A program made the position numbers and the translations under genes. Below are positions 1 to 12,800 of a stretch of 64,000 nt of DNA, piece by piece. The stretch is from Mizuhopecten yessoensis (lineage: Eukaryota). The notes under the pieces were generated by a model. That model did not search any database, was not told the DNA's origin, and saw only the letters and a program-made list of their open reading frames with translations. The stretch lies in the NCBI RefSeq assembly GCF_002113885.1, contig NW_018407082.1:762490-826489 (forward strand), given 5' to 3'. Each line of letters opens with the position of its first letter. The first letter of the stretch is position 1.

Positions 1-423
1 GCACTCCGTACCAACCTGTTGCTGTTTGTCCACAGCTTTCATTCTGCCTTGCTTTATGATTGAATGTTTGAAAGATGTGTCTAAAAGTAGAGGTAGATCT
101 ATCAGACTAATATCCATCAAACTATCAATAGACAGTTGTTAACATCTCATTTAAGCTTTACTTTTTAATGATCAGTGATTTTTGTATGTAGGAGAAAGTA
201 AAGTTTGAACACTGAAATTCTGAGGAAAAAAATGCTTTTTAAAACAATGGATTAACTTTATTAAGATATTGAAATGCTTAAAGTTTTGAGTTGAAACATG
301 GAACCTTTAGTATTTGTTCAGTATTTAGGGCAAGACAGAGTAACTGTCAAGGACATTATGTCACTTATCGTTAGGGAAGTGTAACTGTTAGGGATATTAG
401 GTCTGTTTGGAGTTTGAGATTGT

Positions 424-753
424 TTAAGGATCACCATACCACTACCAAAGCCTTGTTCAATCATTTCTGAAAATATATCCATACTTTGTCATGCTTGTAT
501 GAAAAAAGAGAGAAAAAAAAATGAATTTCCGAGTGAAAAAATTACACTGGGACTAGACCGGAATTTGACCCCTTGACCTCATACCATTATACTGTTGCAC
601 TGACCAACTGAGCTCCTTGGTCAACAGAGGTATCCTGGACTATTTCAGCTGTCATGATATCAAAAATTAAATTAAAGGGAGGTTACTCTATATACAGAAA
701 AAATACAGTGGAACTCTTTAGTGTTTTGTCTGCAGTGGTATGGGAGTCCTTAA
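424..753 (-). mobile_element. Kolobok-like non-autonomous DNA transposon with an internal tRNA-like module
   Basis: TTAA-GGATCACCATACCACTAC ... GCAGTGGTATGGGAGTCC-TTAA imperfect TIRs; homologous in reverse to 21016-21475. Confidence 0.6.
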
Positions 754-1967
754 CTGTTAAGGGTGTACAGTCAGTGTTGTGGCTGAGATAACATAAGTTA
801 TTAAATCAGAACCTTTGTTTGGCACACGCTTCTGACATCACTGCCACACAAGCACGTTTCAGTTCACACTAGGCTGAAATTCTCACTGAGAAATGTTTCC
901 ACATACACTATGTTTTCAGTAACACGCTTCGTCTTTCTTATTCTTTGATATGCTATTATCCATACTGGATAATAAATTAAAAATCAGGGTAAAGATTAAA
1001 AGGTATGGACATTTTAAATAGGTGTAGTATTGACAATATGTACCAGAAAAAAATATTACAGGGTGAATTATAAACAAAGCCACAGATTCATTTTCAGGTG
1101 TTGAAGTTTGACAGACAGAAAAACAATTCCAACTAATGTTTTTGCAACAGTCCTCCTTATTTATTGAAATCTTAAACTATTTTGTAGTATCTCTATGTTG
1201 TCTTATCTGAACAGATGAAGTAAATTATAGTTTGACAGGACAAGGATTCCTGTAGAGCCTTGCTATTTATGGGTAGATTTCCAGGGTGATCTCTTCCACA
1301 TTTCACATTCCATAACTATTATGAAGATTTTCTGTTTGTTATAGAAAAACAAACATTTAAGGAAGTAGGGTGCTCTTTACATATAAATGAACTGCAAATA
1401 CAATTTGATTGTCAGAATAAAGTTTCATCAGTTTGGTTTGAATAATAACACAAACAGGAATTGAAAACTTGAATTTATTTTCCTACAAATACAATAAAAG
1501 GTTGAATTGTGCTATACCTTAAACTCTCTTAGAGATAGCTGCTCTTCATCTTTCTACAAAAGAAAAAAGTAACTTCAAACTCTCTGTTGGTACAATGTAG
1601 CTATCACACAGGTATACAGTGCTTTACCCTGCATGCTGTAATACCCAGAGATTTACAACTATAGTTCAATTTTCGTAAAGTACTAACTTTCATTTAATCA
1701 GGAGTCTCTCCCCCACCCCCCACCCCCCACCCCCATGGCTTAAAAACTTGCAATATTCACCATAGAATTCACAATATGGCGGTTTTGTATTTATTATGGT
1801 GTATTCAATTTTAGGGAAATAAAGTTTGATATGATTGTATAACTGTTAGTGCTCTTCAATACGAAGTATTCAGATGTTTTGAACTTTTATAAATTTGGAA
1901 TGTTTAACTATTTTGTTGGCCAGTGTTGTATCTTGCTATGATAAGCATCCTTTATATTTTTCCACAG

Positions 1968-1982
1968 CCTGTCAAAGATAAG
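1968..1982 (+). CDS. Candidate 15-nt microexon (PVKDK) in FARP FERM C-lobe
   Basis: Strong pyrimidine tract ending tttttccacag|; AAG|gtgaga donor; phase 0/0 matches the host intron; shares 16 nt across the donor with 4685-4720. Confidence 0.6.
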
Positions 1983-2609
1983 GTGAGATAGTTAACGATC
2001 AAGTTTGACACTTTTCTGTAGTATGGGAGAATTATTTGCAGAATGCACAGAAATGCTGGTTAACGCTTCAGATTTGCACTTGCTTAATACTTCAATTGTA
2101 ATTCTATACAAGTTCTTCAATACATTTCTATGATTGATCATATGTCAAAATGTCTCGGAAGATTAATTTTCCATGGTAACATTACGTACCAAACTCAAAT
2201 TATACATTGGAGTTTCTGTAAACTATAATTTTCACACTTGGATCTTTCAAAAAGAGACTTTCCTAGCATTGAATATTCCTTCTGTGTAAATTTTGGTTAC
2301 TTAAGGTGTCTTCTGTGAAATGTTTCAAAAACATCAACCTCTTGCTTTAAATTAATCACATTTGGTTGTGCCAAAAGAATGGAAAATATAGCAGAGGTGA
2401 ACTTTTTTCCGTTATACATGTTGCAGCCAATTATTCAGATCTGTTGACAACACTAAGCAGATGTAAAACTGAAGATTTAATCTATATAGATTTCTCTGCT
2501 CTTTGTCGATGAATAACCCACACTCAGTACTATAGAGTAACCAACTTCAGTGAGATGCTATGAACTAGAAATGTGCATGATATTTTTTATTGCATTTTTG
2601 GGATATTTG

Positions 2610-4470
2610 AGCTCCAGGATTTCTCCTAGGTTTTCAATAAACATCCTCTAGCTGTTTTATAGATTTGGGATTTCCTCACTCACACTGGTTTACAGGTTTG
2701 GGATTTATTTCCCAAAGCATTTTAACAGATTTAGACTTCCCTTTATCGGTATACAGGGTAGGAATTTCCTTCCCCTAGATGTTTTAACAGATTCGTGATT
2801 TCCCCTTGCTTTTAAACAGTTTTACGATTTCCCTTAGCTGTTTTACAAGTTTGGAATTCCCTATACTGGTTTTAAAGGTTTGGGACTTATCCAAGCAGTT
2901 TTTAGGTCACCTGAGACAAAGTCTCAAGTGACCTATTGCGATCGCCTTTTGTCGGGCGTCATCCGTCGTCCGTCCGTAAACAATTTACATTTTCGACTTC
3001 TTCTCCAAAACCCCTGAGCCAATTTCAATGAAATTTTGCAGAAATCTTCCATGGCCAAAGGTCAACAAAAATAGTTGCCGGTTTGGTCCCTGGCCCCCAG
3101 GGGCCTGAGGGGCGGGGCCAAAAATGGTCAAATTGACTAAAATTTCAAAAATCTTCTCAAGACCCAGATATGGTAGAATCAAATACTCTTCATAGATTGA
3201 AGGGTCTTAAGGTGTTCTACCAAAATTGTGATTTTCTTGACCCTGGGGTCTCACTGGGGAGGGGGTAAACTTTACTATAGTTTATATAGGGAAATCACAT
3301 TTTTGATCAACATTGTTTAATTTCCATTGGAAGTAATTAAATTTAGGTTAGCATTATCAGTATTGGGTAGCAGTTTGATGGTATGCACATATGAGCCCTG
3401 ACTGACCCCTTGGGGCTGATGGGAGGGGCTAAAAAGGGTTGATTTGACTGAAATTTCAAAAAAAAAAAAAAATCTTCTCAAAGACCCAGATAAGGTAGAA
3501 TCAAACACTCTTCATAGATGGAAAGGTCTTAAGATTTATGACCCTAGGGTCTCATTTTTACCCCCTGGGGAAGGAGGGGGGCAACATTTATAATGGTTTA
3601 TAATGGCAAATGATTCTTTGGATATTACATGTTTATAACTTGATTGGAATTATAACCTTGAGTTGACAGTTTGATACTTTGAACATTTTGAGCCAGCCCT
3701 ACCCCCAAGGGCTGTAGGGTGGGGCCCAAAGGAATCGGTGTGCTATTTTTTTTTCATTTTCCTTGTTTAGGATCAGAGGTGCTAGTTTCCAATTCTTTTT
3801 AGTCTTAAATCTGTATGTTAGATATTGAATAAGGTGGTTTTATTGTTTTTTGTCACTGAATGATATTTCTGTTTGTGTTAAAAACAATATCAACTCTCAG
3901 TATAAATACATCAGGTGACCGCTAAGGCCCATGGGCCTCTTGTATATGTTTTATATTCCCCCTAACTGTTTTACAGGTTTTGGTTTCCCCCTAGATATTA
4001 ATAGGTTTGGGATTACCCCTAGCTGTTTTATAGGTTAACCATTTTTATAGGTTTTTGATTTCCTGTAATAATTTTATTTTGCATAGGGTTTTCCCTCTGC
4101 AATTAAACAACTAGGTTCTGGATTTCCCTAGCTGGTTTTGCAGAACTGGGATTTCCCATTACAGTTAAACAGGTTTTGAATTTCCCCTGTTTTACAGATT
4201 TGGAATTTTCTCTAGCTGTTTTACAGGTTTGGGATTACCTCTAGCTGTTCTACAGGTTTGGGATTACCACTAGCTGTTTTACAGGTTTGGGAATACCTCT
4301 AGCTGTTTTACAGGTTTGGGATTACCTCTAGCAGTTTTACAGGTTTGGGATTACCTTTAGCTGTTTTACAGGTTTGGGATTACCTCTAGCTGTTTTACAG
4401 GTTTGGGATTTTCACTTGTTGTTTCACATATTTGGGAAGTTTTCCTGGGTGTTTGTCAGATTTGGGTTAT
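2610..4470. repeat. 29-bp minisatellite interrupted by the HINE at 2899-3943
   Basis: Unit CTAGCTGTTTTACAGGTTTGGGATTACCT; near-perfect copies at 4212-4410, degenerate elsewhere and on both sides of the HINE. Confidence 0.85.
2899..3943 (+). mobile_element. HINE-like (non-autonomous Helentron) element
   Basis: T-run, then subTIR AGGTCACCTGA with a local hairpin, (CCGT)n microsatellite, diverged central repeats, 3' subTIR TCAGGTGACC and terminal palindrome AGGCCCATGGGCCT. Confidence 0.78.
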
Positions 4471-4684
4471 GTTTTGTTCCTGTCATTTATCAATGATAAA
4501 TGTAGAGTGTAGAGGAATTGAAGATGAGATTATAAGACATAATGAGTAAGGTTAAGTAATGTTAGTTCTTCAGAGGTAAGTTGATTGCATTGTCTGAATA
4601 TACAGCCCATAGCTTCAATTTTCTAACTACCTTGTACAACGTGGAGGCCAGGGCTCAATATGATGGAATTATTTATTTAAACAG

Positions 4685-4720
4685 GGTGCATCTGTTTCAT
4701 CACCGACATTCAAAGATAAG
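4685..4720 (+). CDS. Candidate 36-nt mini-exon (GASVSSPTFKDK) in FARP FERM C-lobe
   Basis: aaacag| acceptor (weaker tract); AAG|gtgagg donor; phase 0/0; no stop codon. Confidence 0.5.
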
Positions 4721-6657
4721 GTGAGGTTAAGCTAGAATCTAGTTTATGCTTTACCCTGATGGCTACAAATTGAATGAAATGTTTTGAAACTTTTTGCATT
4801 ATCTGAAATGCATGATAAATTTTGTTATTGTGTTTGATGGAACAATGGTTACAGTATGTTCAAAGTGATAGTTAAAAAAAGTAAGAAAAAAACACCTCAA
4901 AGCTGAACTGCATGCGTCTCTTCTTGCGCTTGATTAGTTGCTATGGAAACAAACATACATGCCAATTAGATGTTTTGGTGTTGAAATTTTTAACTAATAT
5001 TTGTAGACAACAGAAATAATTTCATTATCCTTAGCTTTTGTATCGTTAAACAAAGATAGGTTTGTGTGTGTATTTTTTGGGGGTGAATAACACTAACTAG
5101 CATGGCTCCAACTCATTTTGTGACAATGCTCACCTTGTTGATTGGTATAGTACAGTTACATCTGTACAGAATTTAATAAACTTTAGAACTTCATTGTCAC
5201 ATACTCAAATTGGATAATCTTAGCTTGTCACCTTGTTATTGCATGGGGGGGGTTATTATGTTCCAGAATTGGCATATATGTGTTACATGCCTTGTTCCTA
5301 CTCTGCATCTGCTTCCGTCTTTTGTTACTCTGTGGTCCTAAATGATAGACTTGAGTACAGACTGATCTTCAGGGAAAGAAGGAACTTTTCAAAAGCACTG
5401 GTCCTTGATTGATGAACAGTAATATAGATATGCTTGCTTCAATATGGTATCTGACTAAAACTGAAAATAAAATGAATTTATTTATTTACGAACAACGCCA
5501 ACAGATTTTCTTATACATATAGATGTTATATTTTAATATATAGTGTTCATTGCTAGCACCAAGGCCATCCATAATTAGGTTCGTGTAAGGCACTAAGTAT
5601 CAAGCCTTGAAAAGGATCTATATAAAAAAAAAAAGTTTGCTTGCAGTCAACTAGAAACTATTTCAGCTTGTCAGTTGCTGCAACACAGCAGCATATTATT
5701 TAACTGTTTTTTTCTCTCAATGAGTGTTGTACATAGTTTCCATAAAAGATAGTTCTGATGAAGGAAAGAACTCTGTTACATTTTCTTTTCACCATTTGTA
5801 TGCTGGAGTATGATGCTGGCCTTGTGAATGCTTGTGTCATTGATACAGTGTACAGCTTATCTAAATTCATCTAGCCGATTAATATTACCTGTTTATTTGT
5901 TTGTCTATTTTTATTCGACAGTGTAGGTACTATAGATAAGAATGCTGGACATTAAAAGTCTCCTCAATTTCTTCTCGTTCACTGAAATTGTACTGAAGAC
6001 ATTTAAAATTTTCTGTGTGATTATGATGCATTTGATTTTATTCTTAATACAACATAGACTGTCATTGTGACCAAAAAAGATTATTTCTTGGTATGCCTAG
6101 CTTTTACTTCCCCTCTCCCTGTCACATACTGTGTTACCGCATGTGAGGATTCGGAAGACTGTCATATTTATTTGTTGAATTTGTATACCAATGTTTCTGT
6201 AGTGTAGAGACATCATTTGTTTGGCATGATTTTTCTAACAACTTTACAGTCATTTGGTGGTTTATGTAAAGGGGAGATAACTCTGATGGATACGGAGGTC
6301 ATTTGTCCCTTGTAATTAGTCTTTTGTATTTATAGACATCTGGATAATGAATATATCATTGTGTATGAAATCAGTAAATAATGTCAACCTTTACAACTAG
6401 TCTCCTTTATGCAGGTGTTATTCAACATTTGTGACTTTTACACTTTGGACTAAAATTATGAACCTCTGCCAAAAAAAAATAAAAAATGCAAAGACTTAGA
6501 AATGTGATGTCTGAAATAATTTTGATTTGTAGAATTTTTGAAAATTATCTTTTACTTTAAGTTTTACACCTGTTAAAATTGATACACAGTTTTCTCCACG
6601 GTCATCCAAAAGTTCTATTGTTTTGTGATTGGCTAAATTCTCTTTCTTTGTTTCCAG

Positions 6658-6818
6658 GGTTACTATAAAGACACTGTGGAATTCTTCTTTGAGAGTAGGG
6701 ATGAGTGTAAGATATTCTGGAAAAAATGTATCGAACATCACGCATTCTTTCGTTGTCATACCATAAAAAAGACGCCTAGAAACAAGACACGACTGGTCAG
6801 CCGAGGCTCCTCCTTCAG
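6658..6818 (+). CDS. FARP2: FARP exon: end of FERM C-lobe and start of FA domain ([11 protein letters not shown]...SRGSSF)
   Basis: tttccag|GGT acceptor; TTCAG|gtacgg donor; phase 0 to 2. Confidence 0.95.
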
Positions 6819-9800
6819 GTACGGTTGTGATGGCTACATCAGTCGGGTAACACATGGTGTTAGGAATACTTGTTTATTCTGTTTCCAATTGTACGAAAAA
6901 TTTCAATACTGTGTCTGTTAGTCCGGATAAAACGCAATGCAATCTACAATAATCCGAAAAACTCGCAAAACATGTTTTGGTGGTCTTGAAAACAACAATG
7001 CAGGCTGTAATAGTCTTTGAAAAATGGAAGCCACTTTTCAAAGAAAATCACAATATGGGGCTTTAATAGTCTGAGAAGCTAAAGATATGGACTCAAATAG
7101 TCTGTAAAATCCCAACATTGACACCAATAGTTTGGGAAAAGTATGTGTTGCAGAAATCATTCGTGATAAAAACAGCTTTGAGAAACATGGCTTTAATGTA
7201 AAGTTAAGTGTTATAAGAGTGTTATAAAAGAAAAATTGGTGTGTTGGATTGGTATCTAGATGAATCCTGTATATATACATGTTTGTCAGGGACAGACTTA
7301 TTATGTATGTAAAATAGTCCTTCAAAGTAGTTGTGTTGTTAACTGGTTGAAGGATTTCTTAACCTTATACATTGATAACTGTATGTGAATAGTGCTTACC
7401 TATACTGCTCGACTTAATTCTTAAATCTTCAAAAGATCAGCTCATTATTAAAAAAAAAACCTTCTTTGGAAAAAAATCATCGCGTCTTTAGACCGTGTTT
7501 TATTTCATGTACTGATGCTCAGATTGTTAGTTAAAAATATCCTCAATCCAAATATAGAGGGGAATGTCAACACTGTATGTGTGATACCATGACTTTGTTA
7601 GCCTGCCTCATCCTAGTATCCTGTGTTTGTGTACACAGGTACAGTGGCCGGACCCAGAAACAGCTGATGACCTACGTGAGGGAAACCTGTGTCAAGAGTC
7701 CCGCCTTTGAAAGGTTTGTATAATAACTATTCCGGGATAAGCGTCTGGACCGACATTCTTTTCTTCACCATCTAGTTGCAGCTTTTCTCGGGGAAACACC
7801 AGGGAAAGATAAATGGGCTTAAATTTTCATTTGAAAATGTGGTGATTGTAAAAACGTAATTGTAAATTGTAAACCTGCATTTTGAGTAGGATGAACAGTA
7901 GACTTTTCTGTAAAACTATGTGCGGATATTCACTTCAGCTTCAACTCATTCACCCCTGAAATTTCATAATGAACTTTTCCAACCTTTGAATTGAGAGATT
8001 TCAAATGTGTCTTCAGGGGTGAATGACTTAAAGTCTGCAAAAAGTGACTGGTGTGAAATGTTAGGGGTTGACACTGAAACTAGCACCGCAAACATACTGT
8101 GATGTCACCCATTTTTACCGGGGTTTTAATTTTATGTATTTCATAGGTAATTTTTATCTATGAATTCATAGGAAATAAACAATTCTCCATTTGCTCATAT
8201 TTCACAAATTCATGCACCAATTAAATTGTGTTTTGTCGGGAAACCCCGAAATTTGGGCCCCACGAAAATATCTGATTGTGCAGTAGTTTTAGAAAATTAA
8301 CAAGGTTATAACAGTATCCTTGTCACTCTTATTTTGTTATGTAGATGTTTTTCATGTCGAAAGAGTTGGTCTTAAATATAAATATCTCATAGAAAATTCT
8401 GTGAAGCAAAACAGAATTAAAGATTATATGTCTCATACTGTTCATTTCTTGAATACAAACTCTCACAAAATAGTTTTTTAATTTAAAGTGCAAAAATAAT
8501 TGGTCGCTGATTTACAAAAATTGTCCCCAATGCTCTATTTATATTCTAACTTCTTACTACTGTAGTATACTGTAAAAATTTCACTGTAGGTTAAATTTAA
8601 TTTTTCACCCTCTGTAATGAGGGAGAATTTACCATTATGGTGAATATAAGTAAACATTATTATGAACATAGCAATTTAATTTGAAGGGCGAAATAAACAC
8701 TGGGCGAAATAATTTTCATGAGCAAAGGGTGAAAATTTGATTTGGCAAAAATGTCCTGGTATACAGTATTTCTCGAGAGAGCTAACAATGTGGCAATATT
8801 ATTATAGTCAACAGAACACTAACTGTGATATAGGACAACACTGTAGATTGAAAACACTGTCCAAATCTTTGTCATACTATATTTGTTAGACCTCTCTGTT
8901 TGAGATTATTAGACTAAAACAATGACATCCTTGTTTTACGGGCTTCGCTTCACAGGACTAACACAAAGTAAGTTAGTGTTGTGACGGTATGCTGGTCGGC
9001 ATGGTAGCGATCACATGACCCATAGAGCACCATTGTAGACTCTGGAGCACTGTTGTTACGTGGAACTCATTGTTGTTTTGCGTGTATAGATAGACAATGT
9101 TTAGGATCGGTGTTGTTGTGTGTTTAGATAGAGGACACAGATGTTGTTGAATGAAAGAGCGAGGTCCGGAATCACAGAATCTGCAGTAAATGGTCAAAAA
9201 TGATTATGAAAGGATAAAAATAACTTTAAAGTAAATTTTAATTTTCAAAGGAAATTGTTGTGAAGCCATTTGTTAACCTATTTGAGAAAATTTTAGACAC
9301 AAATAAAAAAAAAATGAATGTATCCTGTCATCAGTGAACTTTTTCCCCGTGTTCTCGCTTACTAATTGCAATGAATTAAACACAATAAGATATCTTTACG
9401 TTGCCAATGCAGAACCTAAAATGTAGATCACACTAAGTTAGAGGTTAGTTCCTGCCATTTACAAAAAGGGCAATGAAAGTAGTATAGGTTTGTTGTATTA
9501 TTATATTTATTTTTTATGAAATTTTTAATTTATTTGAAAAGTTCCTTCACAATACAATGTATTGAATTAAAAAATGGACTTTTTATGCCCCACCATAAAA
9601 TGGTGGGGTATAGTGTTGCCCATGTCTGTCCCGTCAAACTTTATACAAAGGGGGCATTCATGTCTTTTAAACATATTCTTTTTAGGTCACCTGAGCTTTA
9701 GCTCAAGTGACCTATTGCTNAAGCTTTGTCATTTTTACCTTTGGAAACTCATTTATGGCCTCTAGATTTAGCAGATTAGCAACTGTATTGTTTTTCATAG

Positions 9801-12800
9801 AGTATGTATGATTCAGCAAAGAAGTTGAAGCAGATGTGTGTGTTGTTGCTGAGAGTGTGATAGATCATAGTTCATCCTTCAGAGGTTTAATTATGTAACT
9901 GTGTAATGGTAAATGCTGAGAGATTTACTTGTTCAATTGGTGTAGCATCAGAGGATCTTTGTTGTCGTTGTTAAGATTCACCCCTGAAGACACATTCGAA
10001 CTTGTCCAATTCAAAGGTTGGAATAGTTCATTATGAAATTTCAGGGTTTCACCAATCGTGTATATGTTGTTTAGTACCTGTAGTTTTAGGGTTTTGTAGA
10101 TATTTGTTTATATTGAGGTATTCATACACTATTGGTCACTGTTTCTACTACTAAACACCGGCAAGTAGATATGTAGTATTGTCATTTATATGAGACACAA
10201 TGTGAGAGACCTGTTTTGTGGAGTTCTGTAGAACTTAGATTCTGTATTAAGGGTCCATCAGAGGGGGAGGGGGAATGTCATCAGAGCCCCTTGTCAGTCT
10301 GAAATTACAGATAGAGATTAACATTTACAACATATCAAAGAATGAATTTTACAGGTTGAATAATTGGATTTCCTTTCCTATTATTTTCTATGTGTCATTA
10401 TGCTGTATTAAATCTCTGTGTATTATGTATATGCTGTAAAAATAGAAATTCTCGCCTATGGAATTGTTTGCATTGCGACTTTACAAAATGATTGGGGTTT
10501 TGGCTTTAGCATTGGTTCATAAATGTATATGTTATATAGTTTTATAATCTGCATAATTTATATATTTTTCTATAGAAATTTTCATGCCAATTTTGTCAGA
10601 AGGGAAGAACATCAGCATTGCCATGCTGTGATAATTTTAACTTTTACAGTATGTAAAAACTTCCAGCTAATACAGCAAGTTTTCTGCATCTTAGCCAATT
10701 TGACTTTGTTTTTGCTAACTGTATTGGATTTGTCTTGATATGTAGTAAGCTAAAAACTTTGATGAAGTCGAAGAAAAATACCATAAAACTGTTCTCATGC
10801 CTAAACTCAGATTCTGTGCTCATGTCCGATTTCTTGTTCAGGTGATAAATTGATAAAAAATATTCATTTTGTCAATGATCTGGTAGGAATTTTAAGACTT
10901 AGCACCAAATACCACTTTTAGTTTTTAAACTGGACTTTCTGACCTTGTCACATCATTAAAATGAGTTACAAAAATGTTGTATTGAGCACAGAATCCATGC
11001 TTGAACATGAGAATGATTTCATGAATATGAACCTTGTGTTCCTCATAATTCTCCCCGATGTAATCTTTGTACCTATTCTGTACTTTCTCGCCACCATGCC
11101 AACCCTGTGTTAATATACTTTAACTGTATATTGTAGGTCTGTCAGTGGGCGTATCTCATGTAGCCGGAGTGCCAGTGTTACACCTAAGATCTCAGCTAAG
11201 GCGGGGCTCCACAACTCTACCACAGACACTCACAACAGCACCGCATCCAGCGGCTCACACATCCTGTCCCCGGGGCTTGATGACCCGACCACACCAAGTC
11301 GCACAGAGACAGCCGAAGTCCACAGTGTGGACAGCTCGCTGTCTGGCAGTCGGTCACTCCCATCGCCAAAGCTTGACCGCAGCAGAGAGGGAACGCCTGG
11401 AGCTGAGGTTGACCTTCCCGATGACGATGGTGTGGCTTCCCCAGAGAGCAGAGTCGACAGAATCGACGAAAGAGGTGCCACTTCTACTTTTGTTACTAAT
11501 GCTATAGTATCTGCACCGCTAGATAGCAATCCTAATAATAACCAAAATGTGTCAGCCAATCAAAATGCAAATGACAATGATGAAAACAGCCAATCACAAT
11601 CTTTCTCTCTTTTTAAAGATGGGAAGGTTAAAAAATTAGATGAAAGTTCTATGGATACTGAGAATAATTTGTCTGCTACCTTCCCTACTAAACCACACCT
11701 AACCAAAGATATAGAGCATGTTAATAGTTCTGGTGAGGGACCAACAAAACCTAACCTCTCTAGTACAGATACTCTGCCCTCTAATCTTAAACATAATGTA
11801 CAAGATTCCTCCCCCGAGGGGCTGGGGACCTTTTCATACCAAAAGTCCCCAAACTCGACCCTCGGCAGGGAGCACAAAAAGGTTGTGTTTGCCGATGATA
11901 TTAGTTCCCATCCGACGCCAGGTAAGGTTTCTGAGGGGGAATGTAAGCAAGGCGAGATTGTCAAAGGTAAGAATAAACAGGAAACTGTTGTCAAGACAGG
12001 TTCTATGCATGTTAATGAGGAAAAGGGAAAATCAATCGGTCATGAGAAGCCATTAAGAAAATTAGTCCATCAAGACTCCGGAAAATCCTTGAGCAAGCAG
12101 GATAGCTTGACAAAAAAATCTACCAATCTTGAAAAAGGAGGAGGAATTTTATACAAGGGGGAAATAGTTTCCAGTTTCGATAGAAAAGCTGACAGGAAAC
12201 TGATGAAACAGGATAATGTAATAAATGAGGACATGCCAACAAACAAAGACCTGGCTACTGATAAGGCTTCCAAGAAACTGTCACACAAAGAGCTGGTCGC
12301 TGATAATACCTCTAGGGAACTACCGCAGAAAGAGGTTACCACTGATAATGTGTCGAGGAAACTGCCTCAAAGGGAAGAAGCCGCTGAAAATGTGTCCAGA
12401 AAGCTGCCACAAAGGGAAGAAGCCGCTGAAAATGTGTCCAGAAAGCTGCCACAAGACGTCTCCAGCGATAAGGCTGCTAGGAAAGGTAGTGTTACAAGGG
12501 AAAGTCCAGATAAAAAAGCAGTGCAACAAGAACTGAAGAAAATGGACAGCTTTGGTAAGGCTGAGGTCACCTATCCTAAACGTACTGGTAGCATAGAGAA
12601 ATTACAAAAACTTGACCTGAATACAGGAAGTGACGCAGAAAAACCTGTTAGAACCGAGAAGGAAAGTGAGGATAAATGTAAGAATGAGCTTAACAAGAAC
12701 AGGGGTGGAAAAAATACTGGACTAAATGGTGGGGAAAACATGATTGGGGATATACCATATCTCCTACATCGGCGCCACCTGGAAAAAAGCCCTGAACCTG

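Noticed and set aside
192-197. 6-nt microexon GAGAAA
   Set aside because: Weak donor (AAA|gtaaag) and no independent support; expected by chance
988-1002. Another microexon (cag|GGTAAAGATTAAAAG|gtatgg)
   Set aside because: In-frame TAA in phase 0 and a purine-rich sequence instead of a pyrimidine tract
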